A DNA stretch of 62,229 nucleotides, counting the filler, from Diploschistes diacapsis (Eukaryota), in the NCBI GenBank assembly GCA_023645945.1. It is 19 parts of 19 records of this genome, joined end to end, with 100 filler letters (N's around TTAATTAATTAA, not from the genome) between each part and the next. Parts side by side here need not be neighbours in the genome. Positions count along the whole stretch, not along the records: positions 34,958 to 36,971 come from JALAIB010002436.1; positions 37,072 to 39,084 come from JALAIB010002437.1; positions 39,185 to 41,197 come from JALAIB010002438.1; positions 41,298 to 43,307 come from JALAIB010002439.1; positions 43,408 to 45,415 come from JALAIB010002440.1; positions 45,516 to 47,521 come from JALAIB010002441.1; 13 more parts are not named here. The stretch is one strand, 5' to 3'. Positions 34,958 to 47,621 of the stretch are shown piece after piece. Each line of letters begins with the position of its first letter. Within the stretch, counting starts at the first letter, position 1. The notes under the pieces were generated by a model. That model ran no database searches. It saw only the letters and a program-made list of their open reading frames with translations, and was not told the origin of the DNA. A program made the translations under genes and the position numbers.

Positions 34958-36971
34958 ACGTTATTGCTTAAAAGCCATTACAATGGCTAAAAGTTCCTCG
35001 TCGTGGGTCTTATAATTTCTTTTCGTAGGGTTTATTTTTTTAGATTAGAACGTTATTGGGTATTATATTCTATTTAAATATAACTGCGATAGAACGGCGG
35101 CGATTTTAAAACCTAACGCGTCTGTTTCGACCCGAATTCGTAGAACTGGATCGAAATATTTCAATATAGGGGCCTGAACGAATTTTCTTTTTAAATTACG
35201 AAATACTTGTTTTTCGTTAGCGGTCCAAGAAAATTGTCTTGTTTTCTTCCTATTTTTGTTTCCCTTCAGAAGTTCTGTCAACGGATTGGTAATTTTTAAA
35301 TATTTTAAGATAAACCTTCGGTAAAAGTTATAGAATCCAAGAAAGACTTATATTTCTTTAAACGATTTAAATATCGGTTATTCGTTAATGGTTCGTACGC
35401 GATTAGTATCCATTTCGATTTTTTTAATGGAAATGATGTATCCTAAGAATTCTAGTCGTTTAATGAAGAATTCGCATTTCTTAAGATTAGCGAATAGTTA
35501 GAATTTTCGGAGTTTATCAAGAATAAGTTGGAAATATTCCGTATGTTCTTCGATATTGTTCGAGAATACAAGAATATCGTCTAAATATACTATATAAATG
35601 ATATTAATTAATCTTATTAATGCACGGTTGATATATGCTTAGAAGATCGCTGGGGCGTTAGTTAACTTGAATGGCATTACTATGTATTTAAAATAATCGT
35701 ATCGAGTACGAAACGTTGTTTTTTATTTATCTCCTCGTTTAATCCGAATTTTATAATACGCGTTCTTCAGGTTTAGTTTTGAATAAATCTTAATTTTATT
35801 TAAACGATCGAGCGTTTCGCTGATAAGGAGTAAAGGGTATCTATTCTTTTTTGTTATTTTGTTTAAACCTCGATAATCTATATATAATCGCAAAGAACCA
35901 TCCTTCTTAGGCACGAATAAAATAGGGGCCCTTATTGGGCTAATCGAAGGTCGAATCTAACTATATAACAGTATATTATTTAAATATTCGCGGAGTTCTC
36001 GCAATTCGATCGCTGAAAGACTATATAATGGGCCGTAAGATGGTTCCGCGTTTACCTTAATTGCATAATTTTAAAGGTCGTTCGCTGGTAATTCGTTAAT
36101 CAATCGTTTGCTAAACACATCTTCGTACTCTATAATAGCCTTAGAAATTTTAATTAAGTTAATATCTCCTATACGAGTCGATAACGACTCGTTCACGGTA
36201 TCCTTATCATCCGCTTTATTGACCATTAAAGCGTATATTGTAATATAATTTTCTATACTCTTCGCGAATTCTTTAAAGGGAGATATTTAATATTTTTTTC
36301 GATTAAATTTAAAACGCCAAGTCATTTTTTCGTAATTTAGTATTAGTTTCCCCGTCTTGAGACCTAATATACCCAAGATTATCGGATTTTCTGCTTTATT
36401 TACAACGTAAAATATTCCTTTAATAGTCTTAGTGACCCCGTATAGATCAGTTATGTCAATTTTTAATCTGTATTTCCCGTAATAATATGCTTTTGTCGTA
36501 TTATCGATCTAGTTAAGAATCGGTAATTTAACGTTTATAAACGGGGTTAGACCTACTTCGGTAACGTAACGTTTACTAATAATATTATATTATGTATAAT
36601 TATTTAAATCGATACGACATTCTGACGACTTAATGTCTCGTATCTTGCCTCTCGCTTAAATTACCGGCGCGATCTTTAGTAGAATACGATCTATTGGGAT
36701 AAAGGATCCCGGCGATCCCTAAGGTTTTTTGAACCCTTAATAGTACTTATAGGGGTATAATTTGGATTCGTTTGTGTTTTCGGGTTTAGGTATCTTAATA
36801 AAATGTGCCCGTATTTTTGATAATTATAATATTATATTTTTAATATATCGCGGGGTGGTCGGTTAATCGTCGGTGATTCGTTCCTATTTTCGGAATTAAG
36901 GACCTTTTAGGAATTTCGCGTCGATAGCGGCTTTCCCTGTCGAGCTTTATCTCGCTGTAAACTCTTTAATA
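34958..36971 (-). mobile_element. Ty3/gypsy pol fragment (gag end, protease, RT, RNase H), RIP-mutated
   Basis: [68 protein letters not shown]. Confidence 0.93.
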
Positions 36972-37749
36972 NNNNNNNNNNNNNNNNNNNNNNNNNNNNN
37001 NNNNNNNNNNNNNNNTTAATTAATTAANNNNNNNNNNNNNNNNNNNNNNNNNNNNNNNNNNNNNNNNNNNNGCAGGGGTGTGGGGATGCAATCCCCACAA
37101 ATAAAAAAAGCAGGGGTTTGGGGGTGCAACCCCCAATAAACCTACCCAGTTTTTTAAGCCTAGATTTTTTACTTAATACTTACTGCTTCGCTTAGGAACT
37201 TGGAGGGTGACATCATGTGTCGCCAGACACATGATATTATTTTATTTGGGTTAGCAGGTAGTAGTAGTAAATACGAATGCTTGTGTCTTTGTCTTTATGG
37301 GATTAATGGTTTTTACGGCAAATACTGAAACAAAACAAAACCATACCCTACCTTATCAGTCCATGCGGTCGGTTATGGATCCAACAACTCAGACTGGAGA
37401 ACAATGGTTGGGTGTCAACGTCGCTGCTGCGCCATGTCACCGAGCTTTCCAATCAGCTTCGTCGGGATCACTAAACTTCACTACGAAGTGACCCTTCTAA
37501 ACAAAAGTTGGCGCCGATTAGTGAGATGCCACACACACACAAGCAAGGGTCTACCATCAGCTTCTGCAAGGCTTCAAGGGGTACTCCCTCCCTGTACACT
37601 CGTCTGGCATGCAATATCACACGCTAGATTTTGGTCTATCTTTCTTTTCCTTACCCCGGTCAACGTTCAGTACAGTCGCTATCTATGGACTCGATCTACC
37701 AGCTTGGCTCCTTACTACCGTTGTCACGCTACGCTTGGAGCCTTTGCTC

Positions 37750-38757
37750 CTATACTCTGATTCCATACTTTTCGTATGGAAACGCCTCCAAGCTATCCAA
37801 CTGCTGGCCCCAGCCATCCTCATACCTACTGGGCCAACCCCTCAACTTGCTCCACGGTTCATCTACTGCCTCAACCTCGTGGTCGTCTTCCGCGTTTTCG
37901 TTCTCGCACCTCCCTGCCAAGACCTTTTCCTCCTTCCCTCTAAATTCGCCTTTGAGCCCTGGATGCGGACACCACACGACCCTCATTCCCGCTCTCCGCC
38001 CCGCCTCCACACCGGGCACCGAATCCTCGAAAACAAGACACTCCTCCGGCTGGATATCCTGTGGCGCTCCTCCCGTTGCTCTTACAGAATCATTGATCGT
38101 CTGCAACGCTAGCAGATAGATGTCCGGCGCCGGTTTGCCGCGCCCAGCTCCTATACGAGGATCGTCGCCGAGGACGCGCTGCGATTCTGGGAATACGGAG
38201 AAGAGGGAAGACAGGTGAGAGGTTTTGAGGGTGTAGTTGTCACTGTGCGAAGACGTGGCGAGCGCGAGGAAGACTCCCGCGTTGGAGAGGTTCTTAAGGA
38301 GATCGGGTACACCGGGGAGAGGTTGGCAAGAGGGGAAATGCTCTCGTTGCAGTTTGGATTGCTTGGAAAAGTAATCATCCTCGGAGAGAGGAATTCGAGC
38401 CCAGGAAGAGAAGATAGCGTTGGCCTTTGAAGGTTGTGGTCAATCAGTAAATCATAGTTAATGGACGAAGGCGGATCTCAGAGGCATTGACACCTTGTGC
38501 CCAGCTTCCAGGGACATGTACCTCTGCACGGGGTCTCCCTTGGAGTTGAGCCTTGATGGACCAAGGCAGATCCGGCCTGCCGTGTTCGTGTAGGATTTTA
38601 TTCGTGACCAAGGTGTAGATATCCTCGGAATCGATGAGGAGACCGTCCATGTCGAAGATGCAAGCCCGTACGGGCGGAAAGCTGAAGCATGTTAACCTTC
38701 AATCATGCCATGCAATAGATGCATTGTGGGAACGTACCGTGGCGCCGAGAAGCTCAT
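37750..38757 (-). CDS. HAD-superfamily hydrolase (pseudouridine-5'-phosphatase/HDHD1-like); exons 38757-38738, 38681-38522, 38424-37750
   Basis: Motif I CIFDMDGLLIDSE, then LATSS, GKPAPDIYL and CLVFEDSVPGVEAGRRAGMRVVW; two GT-AG introns keep the frame. Confidence 0.9.
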
Positions 38758-39184
38758 ATTCCAAAGTTGCTGTACCGATGCTTCAGTGGAAACGAGCTGT
38801 TCTTCCCCGCCAAGCTCATTTGCTGAAGAATTTGACTGAACCAGTCACCCCCACTTCAGCAACTGAAGTTGTTATACTGAAAAGATGACTCAACGCTGAC
38901 ACTATCAACATTACCCACAAATATAATAACTTTCTTTCCAGCTCCCCGGCTCTGTACCCCGAAAAGAGTCCGCCCGCTCACGCCCAACCACCCCCCCGGT
39001 GCCCACAAGCCGCAACCCGCAGCCCGCGCCACACACACACACACACACACACCACGACGATCCCATCCCACCACCACATTGGCCNNNNNNNNNNNNNNNN
39101 NNNNNNNNNNNNNNNNNNNNNNNNNNNNTTAATTAATTAANNNNNNNNNNNNNNNNNNNNNNNNNNNNNNNNNNNNNNNNNNNN

Positions 39185-40401
39185 TTGTGCCCTCCTCTTA
39201 TCTAGATAGTTCCTTCCTTACCTTTTCGAATCTGAACCATTCAGCCTACAGATTGCAGCTACACGTGATCCTTCCAGATTAGGCTCAGCCCCTGGTTGTG
39301 TAGTATTCCTGTAGGGGCGTTCTACATTCGAAAAGGTCCTTCAGGGCGACCTGCTCGGCTCAGGACCTGAAGTATTCAGCCTACCTTACTTATCCACGAG
39401 AAAGAATCTAGACCTAATCTTATCTGATGCTGCCTACGCGAGCTGGCGCGTTTTTGAAGATGAAGGTCTACGACACCTAGGAGCGACGAAAAACCTCCTA
39501 CGACACCCACCAGGAGCGACGAAAAGCTCCTACGACAAGTAATAGATCGACGAATCAGAACCCTCGATCTAATCAGTATATAGTTATGGCTATAGCTGAA
39601 GTGCTAGATCTAGTCTTATCTGTCGCGATGAGATATTATCTAAGCGAATAACCTGGTAGTAGTAGATTTACGCACGACATATTTATCTGGAGCGACGAAA
39701 AGCTCTTACGAAGAATCACGACAAGCAATAGATCGACGAATCAGAGGCCACGATCTAATCTAATCAATTACGATGAAAGAGCTTGGGATACCATACAAGT
39801 TTTTAAATTAGTCGAACCTTCACTTTATCAATAAACAAACCTTCATTTCGCCACCTTTCGAAAGCGGTTTCTGCTGCCACGCTTACTGCTGCTACTACTG
39901 CTTTTCGCCCTGGGAGTTGCCTGTTTTCAGTACTATTGGTCTAATAGCACTCATTTACGACGCCGAAACTTGAGAGGAGTAAGGTCGGGCACGTGTCTAC
40001 GTGTAGTACGGGTTGAAGAGAATAGAGGGAAAAGGGACTGGACTAGGCCGAAAAGAGTATTAGAGTATGGAAGGATTAGGAACAGATATCCGAATTAAAA
40101 AAGAGGGAATAAGGGTTTTGTTTTGTTTTGTTTTGTTTTGTTTTGTTGCTAGGGGACAGTAACACTTTGGAAAGGGGGATAGTGGAACATCCTGAACGTT
40201 TGTGGGTTCAGGGGTTGAACCCTGGTAGGGCTGGTAGGGCTGGCACCCAGATTATTTATTTGTGCCCTCCTCCCATCTAGATAGTTCCTTCCTTACCTTT
40301 TCGAATCTGAATCATTCAGCCTACAGATTGCAGCTACACGTGATCCTTCCAGATTAGGCTCAGCCCCTGGTTGTGTAGTATTCCTGTAGGGGCGTTCTAC
40401 G
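39185..40401 (+). mobile_element. Short non-autonomous LTR retroelement (TRIM-like): 5' LTR ends 39326, 3' LTR ~40183-40401
   Basis: Near-identical direct repeats 1075 bp apart (39186 and 40261). PBS ATTCGAAAAGGT and PPT GGAAAGGGGG. ~850-bp non-coding interior with internal repeats and (GTTTT)n. Confidence 0.85.
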
Positions 40402-40612
40402 TTCCTTTATTAACGTTTAAAAAATTTATAGCGATTATAAAGATAATCGGCGTTAAATATCGACAAACCGATAAATTTTAATACGTGTTTAATTTTATAG
40501 ATTATAGTGTTATGATCTCTATCTATACAAGATATACACGAATAAGATCAAGGTGAATTTGATCTCTATTAGAAGAGGAGTGCAAGTAGGAGAAGAAGGT
40601 AGAGCAGTTATA

Positions 40613-41197
40613 CAGTCACGTGCCAAAAGTAGTTAGGTATCAAATAAACAAATACCACCTACCAACTTTATTGAGCCATTGCGCACTTAATAAAGCTTCA
40701 ATAAATACGCAAAATAAATCATTTTAAAACTCTTAAATAATAAACTATATTAATATTTAATTTATCATCCTTACGCGTCGATACAAGCCTCTATTCGCTT
40801 CGGTATAGAATACATTAATCTAACAAATAAATCCTACTCCCTATCCCCCAGAAACATCCCAAAAACGTCTCGAATTATTACTTTTAAAGCTTCTATCTTC
40901 TTCTCCTTACCCCCGCGCATAGTTTTAAACTCTAAATAAAGCTTTAAAACCTTTTCTTTAAGCGTAGGCCATAAATGCTCGATAAGGTTCAAATTCGGGT
41001 TATAAAAAAAATAATCGAGCGTTCAGACGCCTAATTTTTTTAAAAGTATTTTAACACTATTAACTGTATATATAGAGATATTATCTTATAAAAAAGCTTA
41101 TTTAGGCTCGTAAATTTAAAACATAATATCGCGTAAAAGTCGATAATATGCTTCGGCGGTGGCTGTTCGTTTATTTATATAATATTCGTCGAAGAAA
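40613..41197 (-). mobile_element. Tc1-like (DD34E) transposon, 3' end
   Basis: TA-CAGTCACGTGCCAAAAGTAGTTAGGTA TIR; YNPNLNLIEHLWPTLK corresponds to the SPDLNPIE motif after RIP. Confidence 0.8.
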
Positions 41198-41424
41198 NNN
41201 NNNNNNNNNNNNNNNNNNNNNNNNNNNNNNNNNNNNNNNNNTTAATTAATTAANNNNNNNNNNNNNNNNNNNNNNNNNNNNNNNNNNNNNNNNNNNNACC
41301 CGGGCCCGTTTAACCGACGAAACCATCGATTTACAAAAAACGATTAAAAAATTTCGAAATCAACGAATATCCATAAATTCAATTATCGAAATTAATAACG
41401 ATAAACGCTTTTCTTTATATAAAT

Positions 41425-41938
41425 TAGGCTGGCCGTCACTAACACTGACACGGCAGTATCAGTAACACGGACACTGATAGTACCAGTGTCCGTGTTTTAA
41501 AATTTTTTGCTACGGTGTCCGTGTTAGTAGATTCACGGAAAAGCAGTATCCGTGTCCGTGCATTTACCGAAATATTTTTTTTTATTAATTTTAGAATTAT
41601 CACGCCTATTTTCCACGCTTTTATTTTTTAAAAGTTTTTTTTATTGCGGTGTTCCGGTGAATTCACTTTAGTGTCAGTGTCAGTATCAGTGAATTTACGG
41701 AAATGTAATATTAATATCAGTATTAATGTTTTAGATTTTTTAACTGCGGTGTCCGTGTTCGTGTTTTTATTATAATGCAGTATTAGTATCAGTGTTAATG
41801 TTTTGGATTTTTTAACTGCGGTGTCCGTGTCCGTGCTTTTACTGTAGTGTAGTGTTAGTGTCAGTGTCAGTATCGAGAAAATTTTTGCTGCGGTGTTAGT
41901 GTCAGTGTCAGTGTCAGTGGCACGGAACGGCCAGCCTA
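41425..41938 (+). mobile_element. Complete 514-bp TAGGCTGGCCGT...ACGGCCAGCCTA non-autonomous element
   Basis: 12-bp perfect TIR; interior dominated by GTGTCCGTG/GTGTCAGTG repeats. Confidence 0.85.
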
Positions 41939-43407
41939 TTCTGAACTTTTTAGCGAGCTTGTACTATATTGCGCGATAATCATCGTCCTTATAAAATAAA
42001 TATCCTTCTTTTAAATTAAAATGGCGACGTCGTTTTTCGTCGGATCGTTTTTGAGAACGGAAGTTCTTAAGATGCTATAATCTTTTATGACGTAAGGAAT
42101 ATGCTATTATAAACACAAGGCGCGCTGTCTAGAGAGACTTCCCTTGCTGTAGTAGGTAGGTAGTCGTAGGTGGTGTAATAGATGAATGTAGTGTGATCTC
42201 ATAGTCAACAGCATACCTAGGTAGGACATTTGTGAGGTGTAGGATGCATTGATTGTCTAGAGCTACCTAGCAAGCCTCCTTAAATGGAGCTGCCTTAATA
42301 GGGATTACCTTCACTAAATCTACGGCTTATTTTTATATTTATATACGACCCTTCTTTCGATAATTCGTTGCCTTATAACGAACTTTATATAGGTCTTATT
42401 AGCAAGAAACCTTTATTTTATTATTTATATCTTAATATAGTTCTGTACTTTTTAAACAATCGAAATATTTAGAAGTTTATTATTTTTAATATTTCTTTCT
42501 CGACGTAATTATGTTCTTGAACGTAATAGTATTTCTGAACTTATTTCCCTACATTTTACTCTCTCGAATCACGGTAGGATAGAAAGGCGGTAATTATCTA
42601 AAGATATCCTTAACTTCTACCGTATTTCTATCATTCATAAATACTTTTCCAAAAACATTCCTATCCTTTATAATATTTATATCATCCGTCAATATTCCTT
42701 TAGATAAATATAACCAGTAATACGTCCGTCTCTTTTATTTCTTTTTTTTTTTCTTTCCCGTCTCGTTACCATTAGCAAGAAATTAATTATAGATAAGCAA
42801 GTAGAAGAACAGGTAAGGAAATTTATCATAAAATCAAGCAAACAATAAAACATAAAATAAGTAAATCAATACATAGAAAAGCAAACACGCAAGTAAGAAA
42901 GCATTTAATAAATAAATAAGAAAGCAAGCTTATTAAAAAGCTAACAGATAACCGAACCGCTATACAAATAAACAAACTTTATTCTATTATAATTATAGGC
43001 CTTTAGGGTTTCTTAATACCTATTTTCCCTATCATACTACCCACTTATTTCCGCTTCCTTCCTCTTCCTTCTCCTTAGATTCCACCTTCTCTAAGCTAAA
43101 ATCCAGATCATTCTTTTCTTCTTCATCCTTTTCCTCTTCTTCCCCCTCCTCTTCCTCGTCCGGAAGAGGCGTAAACCTCCCTATTTCTTAATAATCTATC
43201 CTTTTTTTTATTAATATTTTAAAGAAGTTCTTTTTAATAGGATTATATAGCTCCTATTCGGCTAACCTAATGATAAAGAAGTACTACTTTAACGTTAAGG
43301 TTGTTTTNNNNNNNNNNNNNNNNNNNNNNNNNNNNNNNNNNNNNNNNNNNNTTAATTAATTAANNNNNNNNNNNNNNNNNNNNNNNNNNNNNNNNNNNNN
43401 NNNNNNN

Positions 43408-44601
43408 GATATTTATCGGAATAAAACACGTAGGAATTTATCGAAAACCTATAATACTATAAATAATAGATTAAGGCTTATAAAAGATAAAAAAAATTAT
43501 AAGACTATTAAAAGAAGAAGACACACGAATAATTTTTTATATTATATCTAACGAAATACCGGCTTCCTTCTACACCGACGGTAATATATTATCTTTTAAT
43601 TCTTAGTTTATTTGCGATGGCGACATGGCCGTCAGAAACTAAAAATCTTACGGAAAGCCCGTAAATATCATATTATTGTTTAAATCGTTAACCGTTTCCG
43701 TTTCTTCGTCGAGTTAATTAGTAAGGTATTTCGTCTGTTTTATAGATTTCTTTTTAATTAGTTTAAGAGTTTTTCGCAATTTCTCGATGTAAGCTTCGTG
43801 TTTCACCAGCTGAGAAAAGAGTTTTCGTCTTTTTTCTTCTTTTAATTCTAGTTTAAATTCCGTTTAAACGCGTATTTTATTTATAGCCTTTTAAGATGTC
43901 GATATATAATTCTTTCGGCTAAAACGAGCGCACCTTTCGTAGCGAGAAGAAATGAACGATATAATAATACAGTTATAAAAAACAAAATAATAGAAATAAG
44001 GGAAATCAATAGTTTTACCGGATCGAAGGATTCGGTCGATAAGTTTATAATTACGAGAAATTAAAGAAGACATCGTTACCCACGATTTAGGATTTCTTTT
44101 ATTTAATATTTATATTAGATCTTTCGGCGAATCATCGGGCCGATAATACTAAAAGAAAAAGATAATATTACGATCCATATATTAGATTTAGCACGTCTTA
44201 ACTTTCTATATATAGCCAATCACGGTAACGCGGGTTATGTGATTAATAGATACCCGTTAATAGATGTTTGTCAGAAACAGATCTATTCGGATAATTATCT
44301 GTTAATAACAGCGCTGTTGCGATAGCTTATTGTCGATAACTGGTTGTTAATTTGAACTATATAAGAACGTCGTCGTGACCTTTTCGAATTTAGGACGTAT
44401 TCATTTTTATAGATATTTTAAGTTATTGTTCGGGATCAATCTATATTTATTACTTTTATTACTAGAGAAACTCCTTTCTAGAAACCATCTGACCTATGAC
44501 TGCTTTACCTTCTTCTCTTGCTTGCACTCCTCTTCTAAACGAGACCAAACCCACCTTGATCTATACCTTGTGTCTATCTTGTAGAGATAGAGATCATAAC
44601 A
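43408..44601 (+). mobile_element. Second family A chromovirus 3' end (chromodomain tail, antisense ORF ~43600-44073, 436-bp LTR at 44166-44601)
   Basis: Collinear with 24850-26218; identical LTR length; ends CATAACA. Confidence 0.88.
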
Positions 44602-45515
44602 ATAATCTCGAATTCTTTATTCACTCCGTATTCGTCCCGTATAACAAACGTAACGCGGCATACCTCGTAATAATATAATTTAGATCCGTTTATAAATTTT
44701 AGGTGCGATAAGTCTGCGTTTAATAATCGTATAAGTTACGTTTTTATTACGAACTTCTCGTTAATAATATTATATTCCGTCTTAATATCGAGGTTAATCA
44801 TTATAAAACGAATTTTTTTAAATTCTCGAAGTTTAACGTAAGTAATTATATTAAACTTAATCTTTAAAGATAGGCGGTTTATTGGTATAAAAAATATCGA
44901 CGATTTCTAAAGTTTTTTAAATCTTATAGGTTTAAAATATTGATTTTATTTACGTCGATAATAAATATCTCGTTACCCGCGGTTAGATCGGGGTAATTCG
45001 GAGCAATATATCTTTCTTTATTATATTTAAAATAAATTATCGTTATAGATCTTTTTAACCCGTTACGTTCTTATTATCTTTTTTCGGACTTTTTACGGTC
45101 ATAAATCGGAACTTAAGCGGAATTTTTTTGAACGTTTTTCGTTTCTTTTCTTAAATTCTTATTTCGATAAAGGAAAGAAGAAGATATTTTATAAGATTTA
45201 TCTTTATAGAACCAATACGGGCCCTTTCCGGTCTCTTTTAGCTTTATTATAAAAACGATTAAATTGTTATAACGAAATAATAAGATCTAAATCTATCGTA
45301 AAAAATTTTAAAAAAATTCACGTAACTTTAAGATAAGATATTAACGCTGTTACGTTTCCGTATAAGGTTCGAGCTATTCTTCAATATCCATTAAATAATG
45401 CACGAACTCCTATAANNNNNNNNNNNNNNNNNNNNNNNNNNNNNNNNNNNNNNNNNNNNTTAATTAATTAANNNNNNNNNNNNNNNNNNNNNNNNNNNNN
45501 NNNNNNNNNNNNNNN

Positions 45516-47010
45516 TTTACGGCTTTCGTTTACGCGAATTATTTAATTTAATAGCTCTAAAACCAGAAATAGATTCTTCAAAATTAAAATAACTAACTAA
45601 TAATTTATTAAACGCATAATCTGCAGCGGATGCTGTTAATTTCTTTATAATAAACCTGATTGCCGCCAAAGTTGAAGTATTCGTTACGACACGGAACGAA
45701 ACTGTTCAGCGGAAATAATCACATCCAAAAATACCGGGTATAAAGATCAGGATATCTCAAAAAATTAAAGAACAATATATACCAGAAGTTATTACTAAGA
45801 AAAACATTGGGATACCTAGAAAAGATGTTAATGTCTCAAAAGAAAGAGCCGCAGTAGCCGCGTCTACCGTACCTCCTGCTATCATACCTAGAAGGTAAGC
45901 ACGAAGACCTATAAATGTACGCCAGAACGAAACACGCGATGTTAAAATAATTCTATTATTTTAAGATATAATATTACGAGAGATACGACGCAGACGTAAT
46001 ATAGTCGCGGATTAGTACGATCAAGATTAGAGATAATAGATGCGAAGAATATATTAATTATAGTAAAGATTATTATAAAAGAGACGTACGATCAAAGATA
46101 TAAAGTTTATTTTATACGCGAAGAGGACTTTGCGATGTTATAATTATATAAGATATATAAGATACTCGTGATTCTGAATAAGAAGTTTTTACCGTAATTT
46201 ACTGGTTCTTTTAAAATTTTAAAACGAGTAAGCAAGCTCGCCTATAAATTAAAACTCTTTTAACATTATAAGATACACGATGTTATTAATATAGCATATT
46301 TAGAACCTATTTTAGACCCCGTCGGCGATTCCTACCACCGCCGATCCTTGCTCCTACCCCCTATAACGGTCGACTTGGAGGAAAGATATTATAAAATGGA
46401 TAAGCTATTAACTAAAAGGAGATTTAAGAAGGATAAAGAATAAAGGACCGAGTATTTAGTACGTTGGATAAATTATGATACTAGCGAGGATATGTAAATA
46501 TCGAGTAAAAAATTATTACGATATATTAACGATATTGTTACCGACTACGAGAGGAGATACGAAAAGTTTAAAGAGGTTGGACAGGATTAGGAGTAGGATG
46601 TAGATAAAGATATTAAAGATAGATGCAAAGGTTTTAATCTCTTAAAAGAGTTAAAGTTGTTTTGTTTTTTGAGGGCTTTTGACAAGTTTTTGTTGGAGGT
46701 TTCGTTTTCGAGATAAATGTTTAAAAAGAAGATTGTTTAGGATTGTTATTTACGAGAATATAAGCTAGTTATATGCTTATATGGGTATAAGTTTTTGATA
46801 GACGGGGAGATTGTGGTAGTCGTTGAGCTAGCTGGTGGATTGCTTAAGATTGTTGCTGGGGCAGGTAGTGCCGACCTCGCTGCCGAGGTATCATCTATGA
46901 CGATGGTGCTTGGCATCTATTGTATATAAGTAGATTTTGCTCCAGATTAGCTACAAATGGATACTCACTTCTCTCACTAAGTTTCTTTGCCAATCCTCGA
47001 ATGTACCGCT
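45516..47010 (+). mobile_element. Ty3/gypsy chromovirus 3' end (integrase tail, chromodomain, LTR ~46812-47010)
   Basis: FTGSFKILKRVSKLAYKLKL...IHDVINIAYLEP; YYKMDKLLTKRR...EYLVRWINYDTSEDM. PPT GGGGAGA followed by TGTGGTAG. Confidence 0.8.
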
Positions 47011-47521
47011 AGAATAAACCAAAATATCGTTTAGATATAAAATAACGTACTCGTTTAAAATATCGCGTAATATATCGTTCATAAACTTCTATTCGGTAAC
47101 TAATACGTTAATAAATCTAAAAAATATTATTAAATACTCGAATAATCCGTAACGTGTTTTAAATAATGTTTTCCATTCTTCGCCCTCTTTTATCCTTATG
47201 AAATTGAAGTTTGCTCGTTAATCTAATTTCGTGTATTATAATGCGCCATATAATCGATCTCGTAATTCTTAAATATTCGATATGGGATAACGGTTCTTTA
47301 CGATGATAATATTGAGCTTCCGAAAGTCGATATAGGGTCGAAGAATCTATCCTTCTTTACCGTTAGGTTTCGGTACGAAAATAATTGGAAATAATATTAA
47401 TAATTTTAATTTACGAATGTATCCTTTTTTAAATATTTATTAAAAATATTATTTAAAGAATTTTAATTTTATCGCTAATGCTTTATAAAGAAGTCCAAAC
47501 TTTAGGATTTCTTCGTCCATA
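47011..47521 (-). mobile_element. Ty3/gypsy RT fragment
   Basis: IIFVPKPNGKEG...RPYIDFRKLNIIIVKNRYPI. Confidence 0.8.
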
Positions 47522-47621
47522 NNNNNNNNNNNNNNNNNNNNNNNNNNNNNNNNNNNNNNNNNNNNTTAATTAATTAANNNNNNNNNNNNNNNNNNNNNNN
47601 NNNNNNNNNNNNNNNNNNNNN

